Below, one piece after another: positions 44,423 through 59,955 of a stretch of DNA of 64,000 nt. The first letter of the stretch is position 1. Each line of letters begins with the position of its first letter. The position numbers and the translations under genes were made by a program. This stretch comes from Gammaproteobacteria bacterium. GTDB taxonomy: Bacteria > Pseudomonadota > Gammaproteobacteria > UBA4575. The stretch spans positions 1,152,001 through 1,216,000 of the forward strand of contig CBDEUS010000002.1 in the NCBI GenBank assembly GCA_965243395.1, in the 5' to 3' direction. Below the pieces are notes generated by a model. The model made no database searches. It was given only the letters and a program-made list of their open reading frames with translations, and was not told the origin of the DNA.

Positions 44423-47400
44423 ATGAAAGACTTACTTAGTTTATTAAAGAATCAAGGACAAGTTGAAGACTTTGATTCAATTCGCATCGGTTTAGCATCG
44501 CCGGATATGATTCGTTCGTGGTCGTATGGTGAAGTAAAAAAACCAGAGACAATAAACTACCGTACTTTCAAACCTGAACGTGATGGTTTGTTCTGCGCGA
44601 AAATTTTTGGACCAAATAAAGATTATGAATGTTTATGTGGTAAATATAAGCGTCTTAAGCACCGCGGTGTAGTGTGTGAAAAGTGTGGTGTTGAAGTTAC
44701 CCTCACCAAAGTGCGTCGTGAACGTATGGGGCATATTGAATTAGCCAGTCCGGTTGCACACATCTGGTTTTTGAAGTCTCTACCTTCCAGAATTGGTCTG
44801 TTATTAGACATGACCTTGCGTGATGTAGAACGCATTTTATATTTTGAGGCATTTGTCGTAGTCGATCCGGGTATGACAGAGCTTGAGCACAAACAACTTC
44901 TTTCTGATGAAACTTTTCTAGAAGCCATCGAAGAATATGGTGATGAGTTTGATGCGCGCATGGGTGCGGAAGCCATACTTGAATTACTCAAACAGGTTAA
45001 TTTAGAAGAACAGGCTTTAGAATTGCGCGAAGAAATAGCTGAAACTCGTTCGGAAGCAAAATTAAAACGTTTATCAAAGCGCATTAAATTAGTTGAGTCT
45101 CTAATCGAGTCGGGTAACAAACCTGAGTGGATGGTATTAACCGTTCTTCCTGTTTTGCCACCTGACTTACGTCCACTAGTACCACTTGATGGCGGGCGTT
45201 TTGCAACGTCAGATTTAAATGATTTATATCGTCGTGCTATTAATAGAAATAATCGACTTAAGCGTTTACTAGAACTTAACGCTCCCGATATTATTGTGCG
45301 CAACGAAAAGCGTATGTTGCAAGAAGCGGTTGATGCCTTGTTAGATAATGGACGACGTGGGCGAGCAATTACCGGAACGAATAAGCGCGCACTTAAATCT
45401 CTTGCGGATATGATCAAAGGGAAACAAGGTCGTTTCCGACAAAACCTATTAGGTAAGCGCGTTGATTATTCGGGTCGTTCAGTCATCGTGGTTGGCCCGA
45501 CTTTACGCCTGCAACAATGTGGTTTGCCGAAGAAAATGGCATTGGAATTATTTAAGCCATTTATATTTAGCAAATTACACATGCGTGGAATAGCACCCAC
45601 AATTAAAGCATGTAAAAAAGTGGTAGAAAAAGAAGGTCCTGAAGTTTGGGATATTCTTGAAGAGGTAATACGCGAGCATCCAGTATTGCTTAACCGAGCA
45701 CCCACTTTGCATCGCTTGGGTATTCAAGCGTTTGAACCAATACTTATCGAAGGCAAAGCTATTCAATTGCACCCATTAGTGTGTGCTGCATTCAATGCTG
45801 ATTTTGATGGCGACCAAATGGCTGTTCATGTGCCACTTTCTATCGAAGCTCAATTAGAAAGCCGAGCACTAATGATGTCTACCAATAATATTTTATCGCC
45901 AGCAAATGGTGATCCAATTATTGTGCCATCCCAAGATATCGTTTTAGGTTTGTATTACCTGACGCGCGAAAAAATTAATGTTGCTGGTGAAGGCATGATC
46001 TTTGCTGATGTTGAAGAAGCAGAACGTGCCTATGAAAATAAAAAAGTAGACTTACATGCCAAAGTAAAAATACGTGTAGATGATTATGATATTGATGAAG
46101 ATGGTGCATCTAAATCTATTAGAAGAGTAGTCGAAACGACTGTTGGTCGCGGTATTCTTTCACAAGTTTTACCAGAAGGCTTGGAATTTAATCTTGTTAA
46201 TCGAGATATGAATAAACGTGCTATCTCGGCTTTGATTGATGCCTGTTATCGCAGGGTGGGTTTAAAAGATACCGTAATTTTTGCAGACAAGCTCATGTAT
46301 ACCGGCTTTAAGTTCGCAACACATGCAGGGGTTTCGTTTTGTGCAGATGATATGGTGATACCCGAAAGCAAACAAACCATTTTGAAAGATGCTGAAAAAG
46401 AAGTGAAAGAAATTGCCTCTCAGTATGCATCAGGGTTGGTAACAAAAGGCGAACGCTACAATAAAGTCATTGATATTTGGTCACACACCAATGATCAAGT
46501 TGCTAAAGCTATGATGGATAGCTTGGGTCATGAGGAAGTACAAGATGCAGAGGGAAATTCAGTTACGCAGGATTCCTTCAATTCTATATTTATGATGGCG
46601 GATTCAGGTGCACGGGGTTCTGCAGCACAGATTCGACAATTAGCAGGAATGCGCGGTTTGATGGCAAAACCGGATGGTTCCATTATTGAAACGCCCATCA
46701 CAGCAAATTTCCGTGAAGGCTTAAATGTATTGCAGTATTTCATTTCAACTCACGGTGCGCGCAAAGGATTAGCCGATACCGCACTGAAGACCGCAAACTC
46801 AGGATACTTAACGCGCCGACTGGTTGATGTTGCACAAGATTTAGTAGTAACTGAAGCTGATTGTGGAACAACAAACGGAATGTTGTTAACGGCGATTATT
46901 GAGGGTGGTGACGTAGTTCAAACATTACCAAGTCGCGTATTAGGAAGAGTTACTGCGGAAGACGTTGTCGATGTAAAAGGTAATGTTGCAATTCCTGCAG
47001 GTACTTTTCTAGATGAGGCATGGGTAGAGAAAATTGAAGAGGTTGGAATTGACGAAATCAAAGTCCGTACCCCAATAACATGTGATACTCGTTATGGTGT
47101 GTGTGCAAAATGCTATGGTCGAGACTTAGCACGTGGACACCTTATTAATATTGGTGAATCAGTAGGCGTCATTGCAGCTCAATCTATTGGTGAACCGGGT
47201 ACACAATTAACAATGCGTACTTTCCATATTGGTGGTGCGGCAAGTCGGGCAGCGTCTGCCAGTGATATCACAATTAAGTCTATGGGTACTGTGCGTATGC
47301 ACAACTTGAAGCTTGTGCAGCATAAAAATGGCCATAATGTTGCCGTCTCACGTTCTGGTGAATTAGGTATTGTGGATGAGCAAGGTCGTGAGCGTGAGCG

Positions 47401-48682
47401 CTACAAGATCTCTTATGGTGCATCAATTTCTGTTAATGATGGGGATGCTGTAAATGCTGGACAAGTCGTTGCAACCTGGGATCCACACACTCATCCAATT
47501 ATCACTGAAGTTGCCGGGCAAATTCAGTTAGTTGATTTCGCAGAAGGTGTGACAGTTGATTCGTACACAGATGAAGTAACAGGTTTGTCTTCTACAGTAA
47601 TTTCAGATCCAAAGAGTCGTCCTGCTGCAGGTAGAGATTTACGACCTTCGGTTAACTTGTTAAATAAAAATGGTGAGCCATTAACTTTTGCAGGTACTGA
47701 AATTCCAGCACACTATATTTTACCTCCAGGTGCATTAGTAAGTTTGCAAGATGGTAATGCGGTTGATGTTGGTGATGTAATTGCTCGTATTCCTCAAGAA
47801 TCTTCCAAGACACGTGATATCACAGGTGGTTTACCGCGAGTTGCAGATTTATTTGAAGCACGTAAACCAAAAGAACCTGCGGTTCTTGCTGAACAAACGG
47901 GTACAGTGAGTTTTGGTAAGGATACTAAAGGTAAAGAGCGTTTAGTCATTACAGATGAAGATGGAGAATCTACTGAGGTGCTCATTCCTAAATGGCGACA
48001 AATAAATGTGTTCGAAGGCGAACATGTTGAAAAAGGTGAAGTCGTTGTAGATGGTGAGTTGAACCCGCACGACATTTTGAGATTACTAGGTGTTACAGCG
48101 CTTGCAGAATATCTAGTTAAAGAAATACAAGATGTATATCGCTTACAAGGTGTAGGGATTAATGATAAACACATTGAAGTGATTACAAGACAAATGTTGC
48201 GCAAGGCTGAAATCAAAGACTCGGGTGACACAAACTATTTACGTAATGAACAAGTAGAAAAATCTAGATTATTAGATATCAATGAAAAACTTGTGGAAGA
48301 AGGGAAGGAACCTGCTACTTATGACCCAGTTTTACTAGGTATTACTAAAGCTTCTTTGGTTACAGAGTCGTTTATTTCTGCAGCTTCTTTCCAAGAAACT
48401 ACACGCGTGTTGACTGAAGCATCAGTACGTGGCTCAAGAGATATGTTGCGAGGCTTAAAAGAAAACGTAATTGTGGGTCGTTTGATTCCATCTGGAACAG
48501 GGTTGGCTTATCACGAAAAACGTCGTGAAGATTCGTTAATGACTATGACCACAACCGATGAGGAATCGAGCCCGGAAATCCCTGCTTCTGAAGCGATGGA
48601 AGAAGCTTTGGCAGAAGAGCTATCTAATACTGGCGTTAATACTGAAACGCAAAATGAGGAGAGCCCGCCTGCTGAAAGCTAA
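44423..48682 (+). CDS. rpoC: RNA polymerase beta' subunit
   Basis: [10 protein letters not shown] and zinc-finger CLCGK/CEKC. Confidence 0.99.
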   Translation: MKDLLSLLKNQGQVEDFDSIRIGLASPDMIRSWSYGEVKKPETINYRTFKPERDGLFCAKIFGPNKDYECLCGKYKRLKHRGVVCEKCGVEVTLTKVRRERMGHIELASPVAHIWFLKSLPSRIGLLLDMTLRDVERILYFEAFVVVDPGMTELEHKQLLSDETFLEAIEEYGDEFDARMGAEAILELLKQVNLEEQALELREEIAETRSEAKLKRLSKRIKLVESLIESGNKPEWMVLTVLPVLPPDLRPLVPLDGGRFATSDLNDLYRRAINRNNRLKRLLELNAPDIIVRNEKRMLQEAVDALLDNGRRGRAITGTNKRALKSLADMIKGKQGRFRQNLLGKRVDYSGRSVIVVGPTLRLQQCGLPKKMALELFKPFIFSKLHMRGIAPTIKACKKVVEKEGPEVWDILEEVIREHPVLLNRAPTLHRLGIQAFEPILIEGKAIQLHPLVCAAFNADFDGDQMAVHVPLSIEAQLESRALMMSTNNILSPANGDPIIVPSQDIVLGLYYLTREKINVAGEGMIFADVEEAERAYENKKVDLHAKVKIRVDDYDIDEDGASKSIRRVVETTVGRGILSQVLPEGLEFNLVNRDMNKRAISALIDACYRRVGLKDTVIFADKLMYTGFKFATHAGVSFCADDMVIPESKQTILKDAEKEVKEIASQYASGLVTKGERYNKVIDIWSHTNDQVAKAMMDSLGHEEVQDAEGNSVTQDSFNSIFMMADSGARGSAAQIRQLAGMRGLMAKPDGSIIETPITANFREGLNVLQYFISTHGARKGLADTALKTANSGYLTRRLVDVAQDLVVTEADCGTTNGMLLTAIIEGGDVVQTLPSRVLGRVTAEDVVDVKGNVAIPAGTFLDEAWVEKIEEVGIDEIKVRTPITCDTRYGVCAKCYGRDLARGHLINIGESVGVIAAQSIGEPGTQLTMRTFHIGGAASRAASASDITIKSMGTVRMHNLKLVQHKNGHNVAVSRSGELGIVDEQGRERERYKISYGASISVNDGDAVNAGQVVATWDPHTHPIITEVAGQIQLVDFAEGVTVDSYTDEVTGLSSTVISDPKSRPAAGRDLRPSVNLLNKNGEPLTFAGTEIPAHYILPPGALVSLQDGNAVDVGDVIARIPQESSKTRDITGGLPRVADLFEARKPKEPAVLAEQTGTVSFGKDTKGKERLVITDEDGESTEVLIPKWRQINVFEGEHVEKGEVVVDGELNPHDILRLLGVTALAEYLVKEIQDVYRLQGVGINDKHIEVITRQMLRKAEIKDSGDTNYLRNEQVEKSRLLDINEKLVEEGKEPATYDPVLLGITKASLVTESFISAASFQETTRVLTEASVRGSRDMLRGLKENVIVGRLIPSGTGLAYHEKRREDSLMTMTTTDEESSPEIPASEAMEEALAEELSNTGVNTETQNEESPPAES

Positions 48683-48743
48683 GAAAAATACTACGAATAA
48701 AGAGATACAAAGGTTCTAAAAGGGTATTTTTACTGTGGTTTGC

Positions 48744-48780
48744 TTGACAGTTTATAGTGGGGTTCCTACAATCCCGCGGC
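48744..48780 (+). promoter_or_regulatory. str operon sigma70 promoter
   Basis: TTGACA(48744)-17 bp-TACAAT(48767) plus GC-rich discriminator CCCGCGGC. Confidence 0.85.
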
Positions 48781-48867
48781 TGGTCAGGCTGATACAATTC
48801 GGCCTGTTGTTAGTTATGGCTACTGATAAATTGAAGTGCAAGATATAGATATAAGAAGTTAGAAAAA

Positions 48868-49727
<860 letters not shown>

Positions 49728-49745
49728 CGTGAATAGTATTTTCTC

Positions 49746-51845
49746 ATGGCGCGTAAGACTCCTATCTCGCGGTATCGTAATATTGGTATCGTCGCGCATA
49801 TTGATGCTGGTAAAACCACTGTAAGTGAGCGAGTACTTTTTTATACAGGTATCTCACATAAAATAGGTGAAGTTCATGACGGTGCAGCTGTCATGGATTG
49901 GATGGAACAAGAACAAGAACGCGGGATTACCATCACCTCTGCTGCAACCACTTGTTTTTGGAGCGGCATGAGGAATCAATTTGATCAACACCGTATCAAT
50001 ATTATTGATACTCCAGGCCATGTTGATTTCACCATTGAGGTCGAGCGTTCCTTGCGTGTATTAGATGGGGCTTGTGCAATATTTTCAGCAGTTGATGGCG
50101 TAGAGCCGCAATCAGAAACAGTTTGGCGGCAAGCGAACAAGTACCACGTACCACGAATGGCATTCGTTAACAAAATGGATCGTGCGGGAGCAAATTTTTT
50201 GAATGTTGTTGAGCAAATTAGAGAGAAGCTAGGTTCTCATGCTGTACCAATTCAGTTACCCATTGGAACAGAAGAAAATTTCCAAGGCGTGGTAGATCTC
50301 ATAAAGATGAAAGCGATCTATTGGAACGAATCTGATTTGGGCGCTACATTTGAAGAGAAAGATATTCCTGCTGATATGCAAGCTGATTGTGAGTTGTGGC
50401 GAGATAGTATGATCGAAGCCGCAGCTGAATCATCGGATGAAATTGTGGATAAGTATTTAGAAGAGGGAACATTGTCAGAGGATGATATACGCAAAGGATT
50501 ACGTTATCGAACATTAAGTAATGAAATTGTACCTGCTCTATGTGGTTCAGCTTTTAAAAATAAAGGTGTGCAGGCCATGTTGGATGCAGTAATTGACTTT
50601 ATGCCATCACCTACAGATGTACCCGCTATTCAAGGTATTTTAGATGATGGTAAAGATACAGAAGCTGAAAGAAAGTCTTCAGATGATGAGCCGTTTGCGG
50701 CTTTGGCATTTAAAATTGCAACGGACCCTTATGTTGGGTCATTAACTTTTTTTAGAGTTTATTCGGGCGTATTGAATTCTGGAGATTCAATTTATAACTC
50801 GATTAAAGGAAAAAAAGAACGTGTTGGTCGGATATTACAAATGCATTCCAATTCGCGCGAAGAAATTAAAGAAGTTCGTGCGGGTGATATTGCAGCTGCT
50901 GTTGGTTTAAAAGATGTCACAACCGGTGAAACACTTTGTGATGCTAAGCATGTAATTAAATTGGAGCGTATGGAGTTTCCTGAGCCGGTGATTTCGGTTG
51001 CTGTGGAACCTAAAACTAAACCTGATCAAGAAAAGATGGGAATTGCATTACAAAAGTTAGCACAAGAAGATCCGTCTTTTAGAGTGCAGACTGATGAAGA
51101 GTCTGGGCAGACCATTATTTCAGGTATGGGCGAATTACATTTGGACATCATTGTGGACCGCATGAAGCGTGAATTCAGTGTTGAGGCAAATGTGGGTGCA
51201 CCGCAGGTTTCATATCGTGAAACGATTAGAAGCAAAATCGAGCATGAAAGTAAGTTTGTTCGACAATCGGGTGGGCGTGGTCAGTATGGGCATGTGTACT
51301 TAAGAATTGAACCTCAACCAGCAGGCGAAGGCTTTGAATTTGTCAATGAAATTGTGGGTGGAGTAGTGCCACGTGAGTATATACCTGCGGTAGAGAAGGG
51401 TGTAAAAGAGGCCATGGATAATGGGGTGATTGCAGGTTATCCAGTCGTCGATGTCAAAGTGACACTTTATGATGGTTCCTATCATGATGTGGACTCTTCT
51501 GAAATGGCGTTTAAAATAGCCGCCTCTATGGGTTTCCGTGATGGAGTCAAGGATGCTAACCCAGTATTGCTTGAACCTATTATGAAAGTAGAAGTGGTGA
51601 CACCTGAAGAATATATGGGTGATGTGGTCGGTGATTTGAATCGCCGCCGTGGAATGGTAGGCGGAATGGAAGAAAGTCCTTCTGGAAAAATTATACGTTC
51701 TGAAGTTCCATTAGCTGAAATGTTTGGTTATGCGACTGATTTGCGCTCCGCAACGCAGGGTCGTGCAACTTATTCAATGGAATTTCATAAGTATAAAGAA
51801 GTTCCTAATAACCTTGCGGATAGTTTAATTAAAAAGCATGCTTAA
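49746..51845 (+). CDS. fusA: elongation factor G
   Basis: [22 protein letters not shown] and [10 protein letters not shown]. Confidence 0.99.
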   Translation: MARKTPISRYRNIGIVAHIDAGKTTVSERVLFYTGISHKIGEVHDGAAVMDWMEQEQERGITITSAATTCFWSGMRNQFDQHRINIIDTPGHVDFTIEVERSLRVLDGACAIFSAVDGVEPQSETVWRQANKYHVPRMAFVNKMDRAGANFLNVVEQIREKLGSHAVPIQLPIGTEENFQGVVDLIKMKAIYWNESDLGATFEEKDIPADMQADCELWRDSMIEAAAESSDEIVDKYLEEGTLSEDDIRKGLRYRTLSNEIVPALCGSAFKNKGVQAMLDAVIDFMPSPTDVPAIQGILDDGKDTEAERKSSDDEPFAALAFKIATDPYVGSLTFFRVYSGVLNSGDSIYNSIKGKKERVGRILQMHSNSREEIKEVRAGDIAAAVGLKDVTTGETLCDAKHVIKLERMEFPEPVISVAVEPKTKPDQEKMGIALQKLAQEDPSFRVQTDEESGQTIISGMGELHLDIIVDRMKREFSVEANVGAPQVSYRETIRSKIEHESKFVRQSGGRGQYGHVYLRIEPQPAGEGFEFVNEIVGGVVPREYIPAVEKGVKEAMDNGVIAGYPVVDVKVTLYDGSYHDVDSSEMAFKIAASMGFRDGVKDANPVLLEPIMKVEVVTPEEYMGDVVGDLNRRRGMVGGMEESPSGKIIRSEVPLAEMFGYATDLRSATQGRATYSMEFHKYKEVPNNLADSLIKKHA

Positions 51846-51922
51846 TCGCATGCTATTTAGTTTGTAGATAAGAAAAGTTTGTTAAATAGTTGATGTAGAT
51901 ATCTTTTGTGAGGTAAAAGAAA

Positions 51923-53113
<1,191 letters not shown>

Positions 53114-53170
53114 CAAGGTCGTAGATTCCTTTATTTAGAGCCATTATTAAGTTAGAGAAGAGGTAAAAAT

Positions 53171-53485
53171 ATGCCAGCCGGACAGACTATTCGCATACGC
53201 TTGAAAGCGTTTGATCACCGATTGATTGATCGCTCTGCGAGCGAAATAGTGGATACTGCAAAGCGTACCGGAGCTCGAGTGAAGGGTCCTATTCCTCTGC
53301 CGACTAAGAAAGAACGTTTTACGGTATTAATTTCTCCACATGTGGATAAGAATGCTCGAGATCAGTACGAAATTCGCACCCATAAGCGCATTATGGACAT
53401 CGTTGAGCCTACGGAGAAAACGGTGGACGCATTGATGAAATTGGACCTTGCGGCTGGTGTGGATGTACAGATTAAGTTGAATTAA
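53171..53485 (+). CDS. rpsJ: 30S ribosomal protein S10
   Basis: [17 protein letters not shown] and RTHKR. Confidence 0.99.
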   Translation: MPAGQTIRIRLKAFDHRLIDRSASEIVDTAKRTGARVKGPIPLPTKKERFTVLISPHVDKNARDQYEIRTHKRIMDIVEPTEKTVDALMKLDLAAGVDVQIKLN

Positions 53486-53600
53486 TCAGCCTGATAAGTA
53501 CAACTAGAGCAAAACAGATTAACGAACAAAAAAATGGCTAAAAATATTGGAAAATATAGCTTTTTGAGTAGATAAAATGGTTTTCTAACCCGCTGATTTT

Positions 53601-53654
53601 TGTGATAATGCACGGCTCACTATGGCCCGGCTATGAGGTAACTCATGCCGGGCC
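53601..53654 (+). promoter_or_regulatory. extended -10 promoter and GNRA hairpin upstream of rplC
   Basis: TGTGATAAT (53601-53609) plus GCACGGC discriminator; hairpin GGCCCGGC-T-ATGAG-GTAA-CTCAT-GCCGGGCC (53624-53654). Confidence 0.65.
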
Positions 53655-53719
53655 TTGGTTATCCAGGACTATAGAAATCACTATCTCGCCTTATTAGAGC
53701 AGACGAGTATTAACGAATT

Positions 53720-54454
53720 ATGTCATTAGGTTTAGTAGGTAAAAAAGTAGGTATGACGCGAGTCTTTACAGAGGCAGGTGTTTCTGTGCCCGTGACAGTT
53801 GTGCATGCTCCTGCAAATCGCGTTACGCAACTGCGGACGATTGATAATGATGGCTACCATGCTGTGCAAGTGACCTATGGCGAAAAAAAAGCATCGCGAA
53901 TTAATAAAGCTACAGCAGGGCAATTTGCAAAGAGTGGAGTAGCAGCGGGAAGAGGTTTACGCGAATTTAGATTAGAGAAGGATGTACCTGAGGGTTTGCA
54001 AGTAGGTGCCGAACTAAAGACAACATTATTTTCAGTTGGACAAAAAGTATCTGTAGCAGGTGTTACTAAAGGAAAAGGTTTTGCTGGTCCAGTTAAGCGA
54101 CATAATTTCCACATGCAAGATGCTACACACGGTAACTCAATTTCTCATCGAGCCCACGGTTCCACAGGTCAGTGTCAAGATCCCGGTCGCGTTTTTAAAG
54201 GTAAAAAAATGGCAGGCCACATGGGTAGCGTACGTGTAACTACAAAAAATTTAGAAGTAGTACAAATTGATAGTGAAAAAGATTTATTACTCATTAAAGG
54301 CGCAGTACCAGGTGCTCCCGGCGGAGATGTAATCGTTAAACCGGTGAATGCTGAAGAAATAAATTTAGCGTCTGATGATGTTCCTGTAGAAGATCAACAA
54401 AACACAGAAGAAACAGCCCAAGATGAAGTGGCTGAAGAAAAATCCGAATCATAA
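53720..54454 (+). CDS. rplC: 50S ribosomal protein L3 with acidic C-terminal tail
   Basis: [14 protein letters not shown] and [10 protein letters not shown]. Confidence 0.99.
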   Translation: MSLGLVGKKVGMTRVFTEAGVSVPVTVVHAPANRVTQLRTIDNDGYHAVQVTYGEKKASRINKATAGQFAKSGVAAGRGLREFRLEKDVPEGLQVGAELKTTLFSVGQKVSVAGVTKGKGFAGPVKRHNFHMQDATHGNSISHRAHGSTGQCQDPGRVFKGKKMAGHMGSVRVTTKNLEVVQIDSEKDLLLIKGAVPGAPGGDVIVKPVNAEEINLASDDVPVEDQQNTEETAQDEVAEEKSES

Positions 54455-54456
54455 AC

Positions 54457-55062
54457 ATGCAACTCTCACTCGCAAATTCAAAAGCTAAAGTTAAAGTATC
54501 AGACGATATATTTGCGTGTGAATACAATGAAGATTTAGTGCATCAAGCGGTTACCGCCTATCTGGCGGGAGGACGTCAGGGAACTAAGGCACAAAAGAGA
54601 CGTAGTGATGTAAAAGGCGGTGGCGCAAAACCGTGGCGGCAAAAAGGAACGGGTCGTGCGCGTGCAGGTACTTCCAACAGTCCAATCTGGCGTTCGGGTG
54701 GTGTGGCGTTTGCAGCAAGGCCGCGAAACTATAAACAAAAAATCAATAAAAAAATGCTTCGTTCTGCTTATGCATCCATGTTTTCAGAATTAGTGCGACA
54801 AAAACGAATTCATATAGTTGAAGATTTTACTGTCACCGAACCTAAGACCAAGCAAGCACTTGAACATTTAAACAAACTTTCCATTTCCTCCGCATTAGTC
54901 ATTACCGAAGAAGCCGATAAAAATTTATATTTATCTGTGCGAAATTTACCGTATGTTGATGTAACTGAAATTGGTGGGTTAGATCCTGTAAGTTTGCTCA
55001 AATATGAAAATGTAGTTGTGACTAAAGATGCACTAGGTGCAATTGAGGAGTGGTTGCAATGA
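54457..55062 (+). CDS. rplD: 50S ribosomal protein L4
   Basis: KPWRQKGTGRARAG. Confidence 0.99.
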   Translation: MQLSLANSKAKVKVSDDIFACEYNEDLVHQAVTAYLAGGRQGTKAQKRRSDVKGGGAKPWRQKGTGRARAGTSNSPIWRSGGVAFAARPRNYKQKINKKMLRSAYASMFSELVRQKRIHIVEDFTVTEPKTKQALEHLNKLSISSALVITEEADKNLYLSVRNLPYVDVTEIGGLDPVSLLKYENVVVTKDALGAIEEWLQ

Positions 55063-55355
55063 ATCAAGAACGTTTAATGACAATTCTATTAGGCCCTCAT
55101 ATTTCTGAGAAAACAGCCTCAATCGCAGATAGCAATAACCAGCACTCATTTAAAGTTATTCGCGGTGCAAAAAAAGAAGAAATTAAAAAAGCGGTTGAGA
55201 AATTATTTGATGTGAAAGTGGCTGCGGTGAACACCATTAATATGAATGGTAAACAAAAGCGTTTTGGACGTCATGCTGGTAAGCGTGCTGATTGGAAAAA
55301 AGCCATTGTGACTCTAGAAGAAGGTCACGATATCGATTTTGGTGGATTTGAATAA
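55059..55355 (+). CDS. rplW: 50S ribosomal protein L23
   Basis: ATG 55059 overlaps the rplD stop (ATGA); PHISEK and WKKAIVTL. Confidence 0.98.
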   Translation: MNQERLMTILLGPHISEKTASIADSNNQHSFKVIRGAKKEEIKKAVEKLFDVKVAAVNTINMNGKQKRFGRHAGKRADWKKAIVTLEEGHDIDFGGFE

Positions 55356-55363
55356 ATAAAGTT

Positions 55364-56191
55364 ATGGCGATCGCAAAAGCAAAACCTACTTCTCCGGGGC
55401 GCAGATTTGTAGTACAGGTCACTACACCTGGATTATATAAAGACGGACCGTATAAGCCATTACTTGATGAAAAGCGAAAAAGTGGTGGCAGGAATAATGC
55501 CGGACGTATTACTACACGTCATCGAGGCGGTGGTCATAAACAGCGTTATCGCATTATTGATTTTAAACGCAACAAAGATGAGATTACCGCGGAAGTAGAG
55601 CGAATTGAATATGATCCTAATCGGAGTGCAAACATAGCATTACTCAAGTATGCAGATGGTGAACGTCGTTACATCATTGCACCAAAGAATTTAAAAGTTA
55701 AAGACCAACTAGTTTCGGGTAATCAGGTGCCTATAAAAGTTGGTAATACATCCCCAATTCGTAACATTCCTGTAGGTACGATTGTGCACTGTATTGAAAT
55801 GAAACCTGGTAAAGGTGCACAAATTGCAAGAAGTGCTGGTGCAGCGGTACAAATTGTTGCGCGTGAAGGCAATTATGCAACATTACGCTTACGTTCAGGT
55901 GAGATGCGAAAAGTTTTATCGGCTTGTCGTGCAACGATTGGTGAAGTGGGTAATGCTGAGCATAACTTACGTAAATTAGGTAAAGCGGGTGCTAAGCGTT
56001 GGCGTGGAGTTCGTCCTACTGTTCGCGGTGTTGCAATGAATCCAGTGGATCATCCGCATGGTGGCGGTGAAGGTAGAACTTCTGGAGGTAGACATCCGGT
56101 TTCCCCTTGGGCAATGCCAACTAAAGGTTATAAAACACGTAAGAACCACCGCACGGATCGTTTGATTGTACGCCGTAGGAATAAAAAATAA
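55364..56191 (+). CDS. rplB: 50S ribosomal protein L2
   Basis: EYDPNRSA and [13 protein letters not shown]. Confidence 0.99.
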   Translation: MAIAKAKPTSPGRRFVVQVTTPGLYKDGPYKPLLDEKRKSGGRNNAGRITTRHRGGGHKQRYRIIDFKRNKDEITAEVERIEYDPNRSANIALLKYADGERRYIIAPKNLKVKDQLVSGNQVPIKVGNTSPIRNIPVGTIVHCIEMKPGKGAQIARSAGAAVQIVAREGNYATLRLRSGEMRKVLSACRATIGEVGNAEHNLRKLGKAGAKRWRGVRPTVRGVAMNPVDHPHGGGEGRTSGGRHPVSPWAMPTKGYKTRKNHRTDRLIVRRRNKK

Positions 56192-56230
56192 TTCATTTTA
56201 GTTTTTTGTAAAGTATTTAGAGAAAAGTAA

Positions 56231-56500
56231 ATGCCAAGATCGTTAAACAAAGGACCTCACATAGATCATCACTTGATGAAAAAGGTCGAGCAAGCTGTGG
56301 AAAAAAATGATCGAAAGCCAATTAAGACTTGGTCACGTCGATCACTCATTATTCCAGACATGGTGGGATTAACGATTGCAGTACATAACGGGCGCCAACA
56401 TGTACCTGTACTAATTAGCGAAAATATGGTGGGTCATAAACTTGGTGAATTTGCGATTACGAGAACATTTAAAGGTCACTCTGGAGATCGTAAGGCGTAA
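56231..56500 (+). CDS. rpsS: 30S ribosomal protein S19
   Basis: KTWSRRS and MVGHKLGEF. Confidence 0.99.
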   Translation: MPRSLNKGPHIDHHLMKKVEQAVEKNDRKPIKTWSRRSLIIPDMVGLTIAVHNGRQHVPVLISENMVGHKLGEFAITRTFKGHSGDRKA

Positions 56501-56502
56501 TT

Positions 56503-56835
56503 ATGCAAACTTCAGCGAAATTAACATTTATACGTATTGCGCCCCAAAAGGCCAGATTAGTTGCAGATCAAATACGTGGCAAAAAAGTAGACCGTGCTTT
56601 AGAAATTTTAAAGTTCAGTCCTAAAAAAGGTGCGGCTCTGATTAAGAAAGTTCTTGATTCAGCCATTGCAAATGCCGAGCACAATGAAGGTGCAGATATT
56701 GATGAACTAAAAGTTTCAAAAGTTTTTGTAGATGATGGTCCAACACATCGTCGCTTTAGAGCTCGTGCCAAAGGTCGTGCAGCTAAAATTTTGAAGCGAA
56801 CTAGTCATATTACTGTTGAAGTGAGTGATAGTTAA
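56503..56835 (+). CDS. rplV: 50S ribosomal protein L22
   Basis: [15 protein letters not shown] and KRTSHI. Confidence 0.99.
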   Translation: MQTSAKLTFIRIAPQKARLVADQIRGKKVDRALEILKFSPKKGAALIKKVLDSAIANAEHNEGADIDELKVSKVFVDDGPTHRRFRARAKGRAAKILKRTSHITVEVSDS

Positions 56836-56915
56836 ATTAAATGAGTATTTATTTAAGAATGTTTATGTTCAAAGCCAACAAATTAATCACCTTGAATAAG
56901 GTTAGGTACTAAACG

Positions 56916-57629
56916 ATGGGGCAGAAAGTACATCCAACTGGAATGCGTTTAGGAATATCTACCGACTGGACATCGCGGTGGTATGCAGAAGGCAAAGATT
57001 ATGCAGACTTTTTGCAAAGTGATTTAGAGATTAGGGAGTACCTAAAGAAAAAATTATCGCAAGCTTCTGTGAGTAGGATTCAGATAGACCGTCCAGCTAG
57101 AGCAGCATTTATAACCATTCATACTGCGCGACCAGGAATAGTTATTGGTAAGAAGGGTGAAGACATTGAGGCATTGCGTCATGAAGTATCTAGAAGAACT
57201 GGACTTAATGTAAACAATGTAAAAATTAATATTGAAGAAATTCGTAAACCTGAAATTGATTCACAGCTCGTTGCTGAAAGTATTGCACAGCAACTAGAGC
57301 GACGCATTATGTTTAGGCGTGCAATGAAGCGTGCAGTAAGTAATGCAATGAGATTGGGTGCATTAGGTGTAAAAGTTAATGTAGGTGGACGACTAAATGG
57401 TGCAGAAATAGCACGTAGCGAATGGTACCGCGAAGGTCGTGTGCCTCTGCACACATTGCGTGCAAATATTGATTATGGAACTGCTGAAGCGCTGACAACA
57501 TACGGAATCATAGGAATTAAAACCTGGATTTATAAAGGCGATGTGTTTGATTTAAATGACAAAGACAGTGATGAAGACAATAAACCCGCTGCTACAAAAC
57601 AAGCTAAAGCTAAAACTAAAACTAATTAA
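56916..57629 (+). CDS. rpsC: 30S ribosomal protein S3
   Basis: [17 protein letters not shown] and [10 protein letters not shown]. Confidence 0.99.
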   Translation: MGQKVHPTGMRLGISTDWTSRWYAEGKDYADFLQSDLEIREYLKKKLSQASVSRIQIDRPARAAFITIHTARPGIVIGKKGEDIEALRHEVSRRTGLNVNNVKINIEEIRKPEIDSQLVAESIAQQLERRIMFRRAMKRAVSNAMRLGALGVKVNVGGRLNGAEIARSEWYREGRVPLHTLRANIDYGTAEALTTYGIIGIKTWIYKGDVFDLNDKDSDEDNKPAATKQAKAKTKTN

Positions 57630-57661
57630 TTTAAATTTAATTTAAAAATTAAGTATCTGTC

Positions 57662-58075
57662 ATGTTACAGCCGAAAAGAACAAAGTTTAGAAAACAGCAA
57701 AAAGGACGTAATCGCGGTTTAGCTTTAAATGGCAATAAGGTTAGCTTTGGTGAGTACGGTTTAAAAGCTGTATCGAGAGGACGAATTACTGCTCGCCAAA
57801 TTGAGGCGGCAAGACGAGCTATGACGCGTCATGTTAAGCGTGGCGGAAAGATTTGGATTCGAATTTTTCCTGATGTACCGGTTACCAAAAAGCCTTTAGA
57901 GGTTAGACAAGGTAAAGGTAAGGGTAATGTCGAATATTGGGTTGCAAAAATTCAACCCGGGAAAATGCTATATGAGATGGAAGGTGTGGATGAAGAGATT
58001 GCGCGTGAAGCCTTCCGTTTGGCAGATGCTAAGTTGCCAATTCGAACTACATTTGTTTCGCGCACAGTAATGTAA
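57662..58075 (+). CDS. rplP: 50S ribosomal protein L16
   Basis: [11 protein letters not shown] and WIRIFPD. Confidence 0.99.
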   Translation: MLQPKRTKFRKQQKGRNRGLALNGNKVSFGEYGLKAVSRGRITARQIEAARRAMTRHVKRGGKIWIRIFPDVPVTKKPLEVRQGKGKGNVEYWVAKIQPGKMLYEMEGVDEEIAREAFRLADAKLPIRTTFVSRTVM

Positions 58076-58098
58076 AGGAAAGTAACTGAGTCAGTATT

Positions 58099-58296
58099 AT
58101 GAAAGCAGAAGAGTTAAGAGATAAATCTGTTACGGAGCTTAATGAAGAGTTACTCGAGTTACGTAAAGAGCAATTTAATTTACGTATGCAAAAAGGTGTG
58201 GGTCAGGCTTCACGTGTGCATCAGTTTAAATTGAATAGAAAGAATATTGCCCGTGTTAAAACAGTGATGAATGAAAAGGCAAAACAAAAGGCTTAA
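58099..58296 (+). CDS. rpmC: 50S ribosomal protein L29
   Basis: EQFNLRMQ and IARVKTV. Confidence 0.98.
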   Translation: MKAEELRDKSVTELNEELLELRKEQFNLRMQKGVGQASRVHQFKLNRKNIARVKTVMNEKAKQKA

Positions 58297-58370
58297 TCAA
58301 TAATTTGGAATTTATGCAAATGATTTATTTAGATTGTTTATTACTTAAGACTTGTCATTGAGAGTTGCGA

Positions 58371-58634
58371 ATGTCTGAAGATAAAAAGATACGTACACTG
58401 CAAGGTAAAGTGATAAGTGACAAGATGAATAAGACGATAACTGTCTTGTTGGAACGTCAGGTTAAGCATCCTTTGTATAAAAAATACATAAGACGTTCGA
58501 CTAAATTACATGTGCATGATGAGAATAATGAGTGCTCTATTGGCGATGTTGTAGCAATTCGCGAATGTCGCCCGATGTCAAAAACTAAGTCTTGGACATT
58601 AGTTGAGATAACAGAGCGTGGCGCAGAAACCTAG
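58371..58634 (+). CDS. rpsQ: 30S ribosomal protein S17
   Basis: [14 protein letters not shown] and RPMSKTKSW; ATG 58371. Confidence 0.98.
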   Translation: MSEDKKIRTLQGKVISDKMNKTITVLLERQVKHPLYKKYIRRSTKLHVHDENNECSIGDVVAIRECRPMSKTKSWTLVEITERGAET

Positions 58635-58652
58635 GTGTGATGAGGGGTAGTT

Positions 58653-59021
58653 ATGATACAGATGCAAACTACGCTGGAAGCAGCAGACAACAGTGGGGCA
58701 CGCAAGCTGCAGTGCATCAAAGTGCTTGGCGGATCGCACCGGCGTTACGCCAGAATTGGTGACGTTATTAAGGTTAGCGTTAAAGATGCTATACCACGTG
58801 GCAAAGTAAAAAAAGGTGAGGTGTATAACGCAGTAGTTGTTCGTACAGCAAAAGGTGTACGTCGTACTGATGGATCATTAATTCGTTTTGATACTAATGC
58901 GGCAGTGTTATTGAACACGCAATTACAACCCATTGGCACTCGAATTTTTGGACCTGTAACACGTGAATTAAGAACAGAGCGTTTTATGAAAATTATTTCA
59001 TTAGCGCCGGAAGTGCTTTAA
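58653..59021 (+). CDS. rplN: 50S ribosomal protein L14
   Basis: ADNSGAR and GTRIFGPV. Confidence 0.99.
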   Translation: MIQMQTTLEAADNSGARKLQCIKVLGGSHRRYARIGDVIKVSVKDAIPRGKVKKGEVYNAVVVRTAKGVRRTDGSLIRFDTNAAVLLNTQLQPIGTRIFGPVTRELRTERFMKIISLAPEVL

Positions 59022-59047
59022 ATATTTTATTTGGTAGTTAAGAAAAC

Positions 59048-59365
59048 ATGCAAAAAATACATAGAGGAGACGATGTAATCGTAATTGCCGGCAAAGATAA
59101 AGGTCGACGTGGCACTGTGCTTAAAGTGCTAGATGATCAGCGTGTTGTGGTTGAAAGTATAAATATTGCTAAAAGACATCAAAAGCCAAACCCTAATGCT
59201 GGGATCGCGGGTGGAATTGTTGATCGGGAAATGCCGATAGATGTGTCTAATGTAATGATATTTAATCCTTCTACTAATAAAGGTGATCGTGTGGGCTTTA
59301 AAATTCTAAAAGACAATAAAAAAGTTCGCTATTTTAAATCGAATGGCGAAGTGGTTGACGTATAA
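59048..59365 (+). CDS. rplX: 50S ribosomal protein L24
   Basis: KOW motif [13 protein letters not shown]. Confidence 0.99.
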   Translation: MQKIHRGDDVIVIAGKDKGRRGTVLKVLDDQRVVVESINIAKRHQKPNPNAGIAGGIVDREMPIDVSNVMIFNPSTNKGDRVGFKILKDNKKVRYFKSNGEVVDV

Positions 59366-59389
59366 GGTAAGCAATCAGAGATTATTAAG

Positions 59390-59929
59390 ATGGCGCGTCT
59401 ACAAGAATATTACAACGATACTGTTCGGGAACAGCTCAAAGAAAAGTTTGGGTTCAAGAACATTATGCAAGTTCCACGTATTGAGAAAATTACACTCAAT
59501 ACCGGAATGGGCGAGGCAGTGCGCGATAAGAAGTTGATTGAGAAAGTGGTTGCAGATATGGAACAAATTTCTGGTCAAAAAGCTGTTGTGACTAAAGCAA
59601 AAAAATCTATTGCTGGGTTTAGTATTCGTGATAACTATCCAATTGGTTGCAAAGTAACATTGCGTAAAACACGTATGTATGAGTTTTTAGATCGCTTAAT
59701 CAATATTGCGATTCCACGCATACGCGATTTTAGGGGTTTAAATGCACGTGCTTTTGATGGGCGAGGTAATTATAGCCTCGGTATAACTGAGCAAATCATT
59801 TTTCCTGAAATTGATTACGACAAAATAGATGCAATACGTGGAATGGATATTGCGATTACAACCAGTGCTAATACAGATGAAGAGGCGAAGGCTTTATTAG
59901 AGGCCTTTAGTTTTCCATTTAGAAAGTAA
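59390..59929 (+). CDS. rplE: 50S ribosomal protein L5
   Basis: PRIRDFRG and FDGRGNY. Confidence 0.99.
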   Translation: MARLQEYYNDTVREQLKEKFGFKNIMQVPRIEKITLNTGMGEAVRDKKLIEKVVADMEQISGQKAVVTKAKKSIAGFSIRDNYPIGCKVTLRKTRMYEFLDRLINIAIPRIRDFRGLNARAFDGRGNYSLGITEQIIFPEIDYDKIDAIRGMDIAITTSANTDEEAKALLEAFSFPFRK

Positions 59930-59955
59930 ACATTTGATCAGTAGAGACTATAGAT

